NCBI RefSeq assembly: GCF_006345805.1
Contig: NC_043000.1
Span: 76,756,001 to 76,820,000 of the forward strand
Reading direction: 5' to 3'
DNA: 64,000 nucleotides
DNA from: Octopus sinensis
Lineage: Eukaryota
Position 1 is the first letter of the stretch. The number at the start of each line of letters is the position of its first letter. The translations under genes were made by a program, and so were the position numbers. This document shows, piece after piece, positions 40,580 through 53,220 of the stretch. Below the pieces are notes generated by a model that saw nothing but the letters and a program-made list of their open reading frames with translations, was not told the origin of the DNA and did not search any database.

Positions 40580-41320
40580 TAATATTGTTTAATATTGTTA
40601 ATAATTACTGTTAATTAGCCTTAAGATTAATTAAATAACGTTTAATATTGTTTAATATTGTTAATAATTATGTTAATTAGCCTTGGATTAAATTAAATAA
40701 CGTTTAATATTGTTTAATATTGTTAATAATTATTGTTAATTAATTGCCTTAAGATTAAATTAAATAACGTTTAATATTGTTTAATATTGTTATAATTCTT
40801 CAGATACTCTATCTTCTAATTAGCCTTAAGATTAAATTAAATAACGTTTAATATTACCCACACTCTAATATAATATTAACATTGCTAATATATTTTCAGA
40901 TACTCTATCTCCTGATTAGCCTTAAGATTAAATAACGTTTTTATCCACACTCTAATATATTTAATATTGCTAATATATTTTCAGATACTCTATCTTCTAA
41001 TTAGCCTTAGATAAATTAAATAACGTTTAATATAATAACGTCTAATTAGCCTTAAGATTAAAATAAATAACGGTTAATATTGCTTAATATTGTATATAAA
41101 ATTTTTCAGATACTCTGTCTTCTAATTAGCCTTAAAATTAAATAAATAACGTTTAATATTACCCACACTCTAATATAATATTAATATTGCTAATATATTT
41201 TCAGATACTCTATCTCCTAATTAGCCTTAAGATTAAATAACGTTTTTACACAAACTTTAATATTGTTAATATTTCTTTTTCAAGTACTCTATCTTCTAAT
41301 TAGCCTTAATATCTTCCTGT
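40580..41320. repeat. AT-rich modular tandem array
   Basis: About ten copies of the core taattagccttaagattaaattaaataacgttt, with variable spacer modules. Confidence 0.9.
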
Positions 41321-41370
41321 CTTCTCTCGAACATAATTAGATAGATAAACGGATAGACGGATTTTCCAGC

Positions 41371-41879
41371 ATGTCCAGAGCATGGAGACGTGACGAGCTG
41401 GATTTATTCATACGAGCATGGGAGTGCGCCGGCGGAGATAGCCCTAGCGAGGTGATTGCGGCTGCGCTGAAGAGCAGAGGCTATAAGAGGACAGCGGCTC
41501 AGATGGAGCGAAAGAGACAGGAATTCGTGCGCTCATATGCGCTTGTACGGTCGCACATTGGCGCACTTGATGCCATCTTTGAGAACGAGCGGGGCAAAGA
41601 TGGCAAGAATGGAGACGATGAAAGAAGTCACCCCCACTTTGTGGACGCCCAGGAGGAGGTTTTGAATGAGAAACCTGCCCGGGAAGTGAACCCAGGTGCA
41701 AGTTCTCCAACCGGCAGCAAGGGCCATGGAGACGGAGAACCCAGTGAAGAGGGAGAGGGAGGAAGAAGAACTAAAAGAAGGACTGGAAGAGCTAAAGGAA
41801 AAGAAAAAGCTCAAGCAGGACCAAAGAGGAGAACAACCAGAGTAGAAGTGGAACCGCAAAGGATGGAACAAAACAGCGC
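41371..41879 (+). CDS. Intronless ORF with an N-terminal Myb/SANT-like (trihelix-type) domain, running into the gap
   Basis: W..DE..LFI.AW...IAAAL..RGY.RT..Q..RK...Y pattern, then a charged low-complexity tail. A at -3 of the ATG. Much more GC-rich than the flanks. Confidence 0.6.
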
Positions 41880-41979
41880 NNNNNNNNNNNNNNNNNNNNN
41901 NNNNNNNNNNNNNNNNNNNNNNNNNNNNNNNNNNNNNNNNNNNNNNNNNNNNNNNNNNNNNNNNNNNNNNNNNNNNNNN
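41880..41979. other. Assembly gap (100 N)
   Basis: Run of exactly 100 N, typical of a gap of unknown size. Confidence 0.98.
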
Positions 41980-44135
41980 GGAATTTAGGGTATCTTTGAA
42001 CAACAGGTTTTAAGTTAATACGTAGGGAATTTTCTGCGACAGAAATTACTGAAATCTAGGAACTTCGGGGTTCGAGGAGAACGTAATATAAATAAGAGAG
42101 AGAGAAAATATTTCGTAGGGAATTTAGGGTATCTTTGGGAAAGAATAACGACGAAGGAACAACAGTTTAAGTTAATACGTAGGGAATTTTCTGCGACAGA
42201 AATTTCTGAACATCTAGGAACTTCGGGGTTCGAGGAGAACGTAATATAAATAAGAGAGAGAGAAATATTTCGTAGGGAATTTAGGGATCTTTGGGGAAAG
42301 GAATAACGACGAAGGAACAACAGGTTTTAAGTTAATACGTAGGGAATTTTCTGCGACAGAAATTACTGAACATCTAGAAACTTCGGGGTTCGAGAAGAAT
42401 GTAATATAAATAGAGAGAGAGAAAATATTTCGTAGGGATTTAGGGTATCTTTGAACAACAGGTTTTAAGTTAATACGTAGGGAATTTTCTGCGACAGAAA
42501 TTACTGAACATCTAGAAACTTCGGGGTTCGATTAAAACATAAATAAATAGGAGAGAGGGAGAATATTGTAGTGAATTCTGGGGATGGAGTAACAACGGGA
42601 TGACACTGAATTAAAGGAGGAATTTAAAATGCATGACAGACAGGAAGCCATGCATACAAGATGGCGAAACAAATAATAGAGAAAAAGGGATTTAGGGTTA
42701 CGAATCAACGCTTAAAAAATGAATATGAATGACAGGTTGTAAGTTAAATTCGCTTAGCTGGTCATTTTTCGAGTCAGTGTTTTGTCAGCAAGATGTGGGA
42801 CGAGATAAATACACTGCTTTATAAAGAGTTAGGGATTGGGGGGGGATTATCAGGTGGAAGCATGAGGAAAGAGAGAGGGGGGAAGGAAGAGAGAGAGAGA
42901 GAGCTAAGGGACAACATGTTTAATTCGTAAGGAATTTTTCTGAACAGAAATTACTGAACATCTAGAAACTTCGGGGTTCGAGAAGAATGTAATATAAATA
43001 AGAGAGAGAGGAAAATTTCGTAGGGAATTAGGGTATCTTTGGGGAAAGGAATAACGACGAAGGAACAACAGGTTTTAAGTTAATACGTAGGGAATCTGAA
43101 CATCTAGAAACTTCGGGGTTCGAGAAGAATGTAATATAATAAGAGAGAGAGAAAATATTTCGTAGGGAATTTAGGATATCTTGAACAACAGGTTTTAAGT
43201 TAATACGTAGGGAATTTTCTGCGACAGAAATTACTGAACATCTAGAAACTTCGGGGTTCGAGAAGAATGTAATATAAATAAGAGAGAGAGAAAATATTTC
43301 GTAGGGAATTTAGGGTATCTTTGAACAACAGGTTTTAAGTTAATACGTAGGGAATTTTCTGCGACAGAAATTACTGAACATCTAGGAACTTCGGGGTTCG
43401 AGGAGAACGTAATATAAATAAGAGAGAGAGAAAATATTTCGTAGGGAATTTAGGGTATCTTTGGGGAAAGGAATAACGACGAAGGAACAACAGGTTTTAA
43501 GTTAATACGTAGGGAATTTTCTGCGACAGAAATTTCTGAACATCTAGGAACTTCGGGGTTCGAGGAGAACGTAATAAATAATAGAGAGAGAGAAAATATT
43601 TCGTAGGGAATTTAGGGTATCTTTGGGGAAAGGAATAACGACGAAGGACAAACAGGTTTTAAGTTAATACGTAGGGGATTTTCTGCGACAGAAATTACTG
43701 AACATCTAGAAACTTCGGGGTTCGAGAAGAATGTAATAAATAAGAGAGAGAGAAATATTTCGTAGGGAATTTAGGGTATTTGAACAACAGGTTTTAAGTT
43801 AATACGTAGGGAATTTTCTGCGACAGAAATTACTGAAAATCTAGAAACTTCGGGGTTCGATTAAAACATAATATAAATAGGAGAGAGGGAGAATTTGTAG
43901 TGAATTCTGGGGATGGAGTAGTACAACGGGATGACACTGAAATTAAAGGAGGAATTTAAAATGCATGACAGGCAGGAAGCCATGCATACAAGATGGCGAA
44001 ACAAATAATAGAGAAACGGGAGGGATTTAGGGTTACGAATCAACGCTTAAAAAATGAATATGAATGACAGGTTGTAAGTTAATTCGCTTAGCTGGTCATT
44101 TTTCGAGTCAGTGTTTTGTCAGCAAGATGTAGAAT
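41980..44135. repeat. Tandem array of ~140/160-bp units with a repeated spacer (higher-order repeat)
   Basis: Eleven copies of aacttcggggttcga. The spacer starts at 42531 and again at 43861. Confidence 0.92.
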
Positions 44136-44448
44136 CGAGAAGTATAAATATATATATATATAATATATATATATATACATATATGGAAATATATATATAT
44201 ATAAATGTAAATATATAATATATATATATAGTAAATATATATTATATAAATATATATATATATATATAGTAAATATATTATATATAATATATATATATAT
44301 ATATATGTAAATAGATATATATATTAATATATATATATATGTATATATTAATATATATATATATAAATATATATATATATGTATATATAAATATATATTA
44401 TTTATATTATATATAATATATTATATATATATTATATATATATATATT

Positions 44449-44498
<50 letters not shown>

Positions 44499-44499
44499 A

Positions 44500-44538
<39 letters not shown>

Positions 44539-44697
44539 TGTAAATATATTATATTATAATATATATATATATATATGTATATATAAATATAATATATTAT
44601 ATATATAATATATTATATATATATATATTATATATATATATATTATATATAATAATATATATAATATATATATTATATATATATAATATATATATAA

Positions 44698-44769
<72 letters not shown>

Positions 44770-44858
44770 ATATATAATATATATTATATATATATATATA
44801 ATATTATATATATATATATATATAATAATATTATATATATATATATTTTATATTATAT

Positions 44859-44896
<38 letters not shown>

Positions 44897-44898
<2 letters not shown>

Positions 44899-45446
44899 TC
44901 ACAATCAAGGAACGGCCATAATAGGCCGTTCACCCACTAGAAATAACAGCCAAAATCTTCAACCGCAAAATAACATCAATTCCGTAAACAGGAGAAAATT
45001 AAAAAAACATTTACCCTGTAATTTCTTATACGATGCACCGTTTCATCTACTGTTTAATGGTTATTTTTCTGGTTAATTCCGTAATGGAATCGGCGGCTTA
45101 TATTTATTTGCTGCCGATAAATTTGGCGCGAGTGCGATGATTTGAAAATTTTAGGTCAGATATTGCCGAGGCAGGGAAGGAAATGCCTCGTGAAAATATC
45201 TGTTCCGACTTGGCTATTTCTTACTGATGATTCTAAGGGCCTATGGAAGATTGGCTTGATTTAATTTAATCAGGTTAGTTTACCATTAAACAGTAGATGA
45301 AACGGTGCATCGTATAAGAAATAACAGGGTAAATGTTTTTTAATTTTCTCCTGGTTTACGGAATTGATGTTATTTTGCGGTTGAAGCTTTTGGCTGTTAT
45401 TTCTAGTGGGTGAACGTCCTATTATGGCCGTTCCTTGATTGTGATG
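44897..45446. mobile_element. 550-bp foldback/MITE with 165-bp terminal inverted repeats
   Basis: 44897-45061 is the near-perfect reverse complement of 45282-45446. No clear TSD. Confidence 0.85.
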
Positions 45447-45957
45447 TTGAACTTAAAAATGGTCTATGACTATTTAAATTTTTCCCACTAGGCCGCTGGT
45501 GGCAAAAAAATTCTACATAATTTTTTGCCACCCTATATTGATTAATTATGAATTTTCTGGTTAATTCCGTAATGGAATCGGCGGCTTATATTTATTTGCT
45601 GCCGATAAATTTGGCGCGAGTGCGATGATTTGAAAATTTTAGGTCAGATATTGCCGAGACTTTTGTAGGGTTATAATTTTATGAACTGAACTGTGTGTTT
45701 TTTTTATTATTTTTTATGTATATATGTCTGATTTAAATTTAAATGTGAATGTGCATATATTTTCCTTGAGGTTAGTTATGGAACTAGAAGTCCAATATGT
45801 AGAATAACTGTGTTTGTTAATGTATATTGATATATTTTGTTTATTTTGTATTATTGTATTAATGAGTATATATATATGTGTAGTATTATGAGTGTCTATG
45901 CACACATTTTTATATTTATATGTAAAAAAAATTTTTCACACTTATATTAAATTAAAC

Positions 45958-46068
45958 TCTCTGAAGAGGCCGTGGGACATCCTTGTTAATGTCTCATTTA
46001 TACCTGCCTTATATGGCTTATAGGTTAAATGAGGCATACTTGTCCTCACGGCCGAAACAGCTGTCAGA
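45958..46068 (+). ncRNA. Apparently intact type I hammerhead ribozyme
   Basis: ucu-CUGAAGA-GGCCGUGGGACA...UGUCCUCACGGCC-GAAAC-AGCU-GUC-aga. Predicted cleavage after 46065. Confidence 0.85.
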
Positions 46069-46487
46069 TATGATATAATTTGCTGTTATGTAATGGTGTA
46101 ATAAAGTATTGATTGGGTATCATCTGATGGTTGATGTTTGATTGATTTAAGTATGTTTCTCCATTTTAACATTTATGTATTAGTCTTGTTGGGTACCTCT
46201 CTAGCAGTATATTGGATATATGTTATCCCATGGTGGGTTGAATTTCCAACCCCTATCTCATTTTATAACCGATATATATATATATATACACACACATATT
46301 TCATATAAGTAAAAAGATACTCATGTTGTAGAGCATAATTGTTTATTGCTGTTCTCAGATATCTTCAACGTTACTATTCTGCATCTCACATGACAATTTC
46401 TGAGATGAAGAGTTGGGAAATCTTGAAAATATCCAAGATGGCACACCTACCTATTGAATTGGGTTCCTACATAAAAATGACTCAGTA

Positions 46488-47299
46488 CAGTGATCCCTCG
46501 CTACTTTGCGGTTCAACTATCGCGGATTCACAACTTCACGGATTTTTTAAATATATGTACATGAACACCTAAAATTTTTCATTAAATACATTAAAATATC
46601 AATAATAAATATTATTTCCTAGTCTAAGAACAACAAAGCAAGCATAAAATAGCAAAAAAAGCATATATAGGGGTATTTGAACACAGCTTTCTATTTTATA
46701 ATCTGGCCTGTGATTGGTGCTTAGACCGATGCTCAGATCCGCATCATCTTCCCTTGTCTCTCACTTGCAGCCATTTCGCTTCAAGCTTTCTCGCCGAGTG
46801 GTTTACTGTACTACTTTACGCTGTGCTGTGTGTGATTTTTTTTTTTGTTTTGTTTCTTTGCGTTTTCATCCCCTGCAATGGCTCCTAAACGTGCTGCTTC
46901 TTCCAAGGCTGGTACTGAGCCTAAACGCAAACGAAGAATGTTTTTGCAGCCTCGCAAAAAAGAGCCAGTTCCTGCTGCTACTACTATGGTTGCACATTCA
47001 GAAGTGGAAGAGGTGTCCCAGGAAAGGACACCACCGTCAGCTTCATCATCATTCAAATTTTACTTCAACTTCTTTCGTGTTGAATACAGTAACAATCTTT
47101 TTTTTAAATCTAAAGTATTATTGCTTAACAGTTGTCCTTGTTACTAATAGACTACTGTAATGGGTGGGTTGTTAACAGTACAGGGAGGGTTTTAAAAGTC
47201 CAAATACGCGTTAAATAAATACTGTAAATAGTGTGTCCCTACTTCGCGCAAATTCAGTTATCGCAGCCGGTCTCGGAACCAATCTACGAGGGATCATTG
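46488..47299 (+). mobile_element. Internally deleted Tigger/pogo-like DNA transposon
   Basis: TA TSD. TIRs cagtgatccctcg and cgagggatcattg. Transposase-like start MAPKRAASSKAGTEPKRKRRM at 46878. Confidence 0.8.
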
Positions 47300-47589
47300 T
47301 ACACAAAGTGGGAGATAATCTGCGAAGTGCTTCAGGGGAAATAACTTCATTTGCTGGCCCGTTAAATGGGAGGTAACTGTTTTTACCGTAACATTTGAAT
47401 TTTCAATCTATGTTCGTAATCCAATACACGTAAATAAAAGGAGCTAGCATCTGTAACTACATTCGATTTTAAGGATTGGCACGATATAATGGAACAATGC
47501 AAACAATGTTTCTCCCCTCTGTGTTGAAAGGAACACACAGTTGAGTACGGCGAAAAATTGCTCGACCGGTTGTGACGGGCGAGGGTCTA

Positions 47590-48450
47590 GAGACTAGTGG
47601 AATGTAGCACCTGCATAGGTAGCATCTCTCACCTAACGACAGAAAATGCGAGGCTTTCCAAGAAGATTACAGCAGCCACTGAAATACGGGCGGCACTAAC
47701 CAGTGAAACGAAGTGCAAACTGCCTAGTTTGGAAGGTCTGTTCTTCGACCTACGAGTTCATGCCCACTTGTTTGACGACCTCTTGGTAGATTTCTTCCGC
47801 AACCGGTGAAATAACCAGAAAATCTTCAGTAGTGTGAACCGCTGGATGCTGCTGAGAAAGGAGGGTGTCCGAATTTTTCGCTGTACTGGAAAGCCGCATC
47901 CTTCTGTTCGGAACTGACTAGGATGCACCCATCCGCAGTTCGGACTGTGACTTTGTTGCGGTCAGACACTAGACTGAGCCTTGTTTCTATATCTCGTCGC
48001 CGCAACTCAGACTCCTTGAACAGCTTTAGTTTTTTCGTATTTTTAGCATGCGGGCTTTAACTCTGACAATGCAGTCTTTGGTGCCTTAGCTAATTGTTTT
48101 TTTCTTCTTGCAAAATAGCTCCCACTCAAATCGATTCCTCTCCACCTCCAGCTCTTTGCTAAACCCTGTCAATTCTCATCTATTTTCCCACTTCAAGGCA
48201 ACCCATCACCATTGTTAACCACCTCCTAATTCGCTAATCTATCCTTGAGGCTACATTTAGCTTTAAGTAGCCGATTCCTAAGTCGGGTGTGTAGATCGCA
48301 AACGTATACAGCATGTCGCCCACAAGCTTGGACACACTATCTAGACATGATCTGGATGACCCGTTATGGTTCCTCTGTCATCACAGGTAAACTCGGGAAA
48401 TCTAGTTACATTCAAGCTTGCTTTTGAACACCATACGTCCTAGCCCGCAC
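47590..48450 (+). pseudogene. Possible very old non-LTR element (ORF1 and start of endonuclease)
   Basis: Coiled-coil-like ORF, a decayed knuckle-like RCTGKPH...LCCG, then IANVY. Weak. Confidence 0.3.
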
Positions 48451-51400
48451 AATTCTGGTTCCCTTTCAAAACTAGAGATTGGTCCCTCCTCAAGAAAGCT
48501 TCAAGACGACTGACGAAATAGAGTCTTTTTGCACCTGTTGGTCACTGATTCGAAGCCATCATGGTCTGCACCATTAATTTACTGTACAGTTCTAGGAAGA
48601 TTGCCTACACTTCGATACCTAAAGATTTCTAGAATAACACTACCAAGTTGCCAGCCCATGAGATAAATATACCTTGTATTCGTTAAAAAGGGTTCGACTG
48701 CATCTCCAGAGATCTACCCTTCTTCATATGCCCCCCCTCACGACAAGGTCTTTAAGCAAGTGAACAAGCTAACCTGTGCACATTTATACACCCTACTCTG
48801 AGGACAGTCATATTCAAAAAGAAAACGGAAGAAGTCACTCACCTTGGTCCTCAAGCAGGTCGATTGATCTGATCTCCTCCTAGGAAGTTTCAAAAGGCCT
48901 TTGTAAAGTATTTCTATTTAACATTTTTGTTAAAAGCCTGACGTAAGAGAGACATTCTTTCACTTTAACTCTGTATGTCTGAGTTTCTGTAATAATGGTG
49001 TCTTTAGATCATCAAACCCTTCCCTATTGATGCTAAGATTCTATTTACTACCCCCTCCATCAATTCAGTGTGTGCTTTTTTTAAGCAACAGTAAAGTTGA
49101 TATATTTTACAGTTGTGACTGATTTTGTCTGTTTTTTTTTTCTGCGATTGTAATTTGAGTTTTGTTTGTTTTTGTTGCAATCGTGTGATTAGAGGACATC
49201 TACCATCCCTTCAAATAAATTAGCATTTATCTTGGAGCAATTATCTTTTGTCTCCTACATCATTCTTCCATCTGTTATTAGCCTGTTCATTTTTTTTGGG
49301 GGGGGGGGGGGTATTTACTTCATTGCTCAGTAAGATCTCTGACTCAGGGAAGACTGAAGTAGCTGTGAGTGGGGCTGGTTATTCATGTTTATGTTCTGCT
49401 GAGTATCAATAACAATGTTGAGAAATATTTTTTGGGTGGGAGTTTTGTCAGAGCCTGTTGTTGCTTATGTATTAGTTATTTCAGATTTTGCTGCTGCTCA
49501 TTAATGCGTTTAAAGGGTGGGGGTTGCATTTTGCCCTTTAATCCAAGTAGAAATCCCTCAAATAGTTAATGGCACCTGGACTTTCTCCCTTCAACTGCCA
49601 AAAATAGCTAAGCTTCATTTGGTAGTTTAATTTGGAGCAAGAGTTCTATTCCATCCCCAACCTATTTTACTTTTCTATTTTCAAGTATTTCTAGAATATT
49701 TGTTTCATCAACTGAAGGCGAAAATATCACCACTATTAGCCACAAGATTCTTATATCTAGCAGCATGTCCACAACTCTCACCTTCATATACCTGCCCAGA
49801 TAAGTTGGCATGAAGATGAAATTCATCTTCAACAGAATCATGGAATGGCTCCTAGCTTTGACTCACATGGCAAATCTGACGTCTACTCTGCCAAATTGTT
49901 TTCCAATTGCTCCCCTGTAGATTTCAGGCATCTTTCTACCCATGCATATGTGAGCATCTCATCCTTTAACATCCGTTTTTCATGCTGCCATGGGTTGGAC
50001 TTTGTGTTTTTATATTTATGCTTTGTTATGTTACTGAATGTGCTTTTCTTTTCTATAATCTCTGGTATGTCCAACAAAATTGTTTTGTTATAAATCCTGA
50101 TATTCTAACAGATGATAGAACCACCTACCACAGAAAGCAACAGTGACAGTGTTGGAGTTAGCAATAGTTTTTCCTGTATTCAGTTAACATATAGCTGAAT
50201 TTGTCTTGCAATTGTTTTCTCATGAGATGGCAAATTTTCATTGAAAATATATACGTATGCTATTGCTGTTGTAGTTGTTACAATTCTGTTTTTATTATTG
50301 CACTATCCTTTAGATTATTATCATTTGTGAAGTTCACATGTGTGTTGCTGCTGTGGCAGAAACAGTATGATTCAAACTTGTTACATGTAACATTATTGTA
50401 TCACTACTCTCTCCATTATTACATCATTTTCTCAACTTATCTCATTGTGTCTATTTGTCTCCACAGTCAATGTGGGAAAATTTACATCCGTCTTGAAATT
50501 TTAAAAGGAAAAAATTATTTCTTTTCAAAAAAAAAATTACATCAGTAGAACCTCTGATATTGTGTGGGGAACTTTATACACAGAACAGACTCACCAACAC
50601 TTAGCAAATTCCTTCTCGTCGATTATACAAATATCAAATATAAATAGAATTCCATTCAAAGTGAAGCAAGTCAATATTTTTTTACCCGCTTCTTTTATAA
50701 ATTCCTCAGAGCTGAAGTTAAGGGTGGCTTCCTTGAATGCCACCAATAATTAATAATTATTTCAAATTTTGTTACAAGAGCAGGAACTTTAGACGGAAGG
50801 ATGTCAGTTGATTACATCAGCACCAGTTCTTAACTGCTACTTTATTTTATTGATCCTGGAGGATCTCAGTTCAAATTCTCTGTGGGATTTGAACTGAGAT
50901 GGAAAGCATGAAAAATATGCTGACAGCATTTTCCAATACTTCACTGATTCCGCCAATCCATCACTCTTAATAATTATAATGATGATTTTTCACATAGGTA
51001 CATGGACACATTGCATTAGAGCATATATCAATTTGATGAAAAGCAAAGTCAACTGCAACAAGATGCAAAGGGACATAACTAAATCCAACCAACCAAATGT
51101 GACAACCGCAGACCTTAATAAAGACTAAACATAGATATGAAGTCTCAAATGTGAAGGAGGAGGGTAAGGTGTAATCTTATATCAACTCCAGTATTTATCT
51201 GGTAATATATTTTATCAACCCCAGAATGATGTAAAGCAAACTTAATCTCAGTAGGATTTGAACTTAATGAGAAAATACACCACAAAGCATTTTGTTTGAT
51301 GCTCTAACAATAACAAATTGATAAAAAAATTTTTTTAAACAATAAAAATGTCTTTAAAAACAAAAGACAATTTAGAAAATTTTTTTTAATAAAAATTTTA

Positions 51401-52684
51401 ATAAATAAAAAGAAGTTTATCTTATTTAATTTCTTTGTTAATTGTTTGCATGAGTATGTGTACATTTGTATATATGTGTATTGATTTTTGTGCCTGTACA
51501 GATGTGTGTGTATGCACATAAATGTGTTGGTCTGTGTATGCATGCATGTGAATGTGTTGCTGGCTGTGTTTTGCCAAGTGCATCTGTGCAGTTATGTGTG
51601 TGTATGTTACTTTGTGTGTGCATGTACATGTGTGTGTGCTACTCTGTGTACATTTGTGTTACTACACGTGTGTATGTGTGAGAGTGTCACTACATGTGTG
51701 TGTGTGAGGAATGATATTAAAAATGCTACGAATCCTAAAATGAGAAAAGATTGGTAAAAAATAACTGGATGGCAACAGATGATTTTTTTGGTGTTGTTTT
51801 GAAATTTATTTTAATTCTTAATATAATATTAGTAAATATCAATTTCTTTTTCTCTTTTTTCAATTGATGGAATAAATAAACTACAGTGGTGTGATGTGTG
51901 TGAAATTAATGTGGCATAAAATGAAGTGGTGTGAAGTAATGGATGTGGCATGGTGTGTGATACTGCTGATTAGAACTAGAGAATTAATGAGAGAGAGATA
52001 TTTTGAGAAAAGAAGAGAAAGAAAAAGAGAGAGAGAGAAAGGGAGACAATAGAACAGACAAACTGCAGACATAGATACACTCTGCTCTAGCTTCCAGAAA
52101 GACAACACTAAAATTCAGGATGCTTGCCAAGGTACAACTATGTACCTCACCAGTGACTGATAAAGACAAAAAGACAACCAACACACACACTCACATACAC
52201 ACTGTACATCAATTCCTGCATGACCTATACAGTTTGCTTCACACAAACACTAAAGACTATGGTCTCAGGTATGCGAGTCCAACTGTATGTAAGGGCCTAC
52301 TTACCACATACACTTATAACAACAGTATCCATTAAAAGAAATTAGATGAGGAGATGGAAGTTGAAGATGAAATACATTTGATGTTATGGTGTAGGGAAGG
52401 GCAGGAAGAAAGTTTCTGGGACTTTGGCTTAGAGAACTTCCAGGCAGGACTCCAAAATGATGAGGGGTGGGAGCTGGAGATAGTGTCAGAAGGAAAAGGT
52501 GTGAAAATAGAAAGGTGACTGTTGCTACAAAAGAGGAATACACAGCAGGTTGGTTTTCTTCAGGATCTGCCAATAATTGGGGAGATGTTTCTGGCAGAGT
52601 CTAGCTTAAGTCACCATGGTAGCTGAAATGAAAAATAGACTGGTTTTATAATACAGTTCTATATTTAAGAGATGAGAAATTATG

Positions 52685-53220
52685 TACATTATTTACATTT
52701 GACGGATATTTGTCCTCATCTTGTTTGTTGTTAATGCAACGTCTCAGCTGATATGCCCTTCATCAGGTTGTCTTGGGGAAATTTCAAACCTGGTTTCTCA
52801 TTCCTAAGGATTTTTTCTATGTTATTATTATTATTCAGGTCACTGCCTGGAATCAAACTTGGAATCTTGGGGTTAGTAGCCCGCATTCTATGCCATATGC
52901 CTGTGGGCATATGGCATAGTGGTTAAGAGCGCAGGCTACTAACATCAAGATTCCAGGCAGTGACGACGACGACGACGACGTCGTCGTCCTCGTCGTCATC
53001 ATCATCATCATCATCAACATCAACAACAACATCACCATCACCATCACCATCATCATCATCATTCTTTATAAAAGAAGCGGGTAAAAAGAAATACCTTAGG
53101 AATGAGTACCCAGGTTTGAAATTTCCCCAAGACAACCTGATGAAGGCTGGAGGGTATATTAGCCAAAACATTAACAACAAACAAGATGAGGACAGATATC
53201 CATCAAATGTAAATAATGTA
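52685..53220. mobile_element. Head-to-head pair of short elements with a tRNA-like head and a hammerhead-like tail
   Basis: 52685-52900 (minus) mirrors 52905-53220 (plus). A box TGGCATAGTGG at 52912-52922. CUGAUGA core at 53137-53143 and in the mirror copy. Confidence 0.7.

Noticed and set aside
41980-44135. CRISPR-like appearance of the regular arrays
   Set aside because: The 'spacers' are themselves repeated, there are no cas genes, and the context is eukaryotic.
49680-50090. Stop-poor minus-strand stretch (MLKDEMLTYAWVERC...)
   Set aside because: No recognisable domain or splice context.
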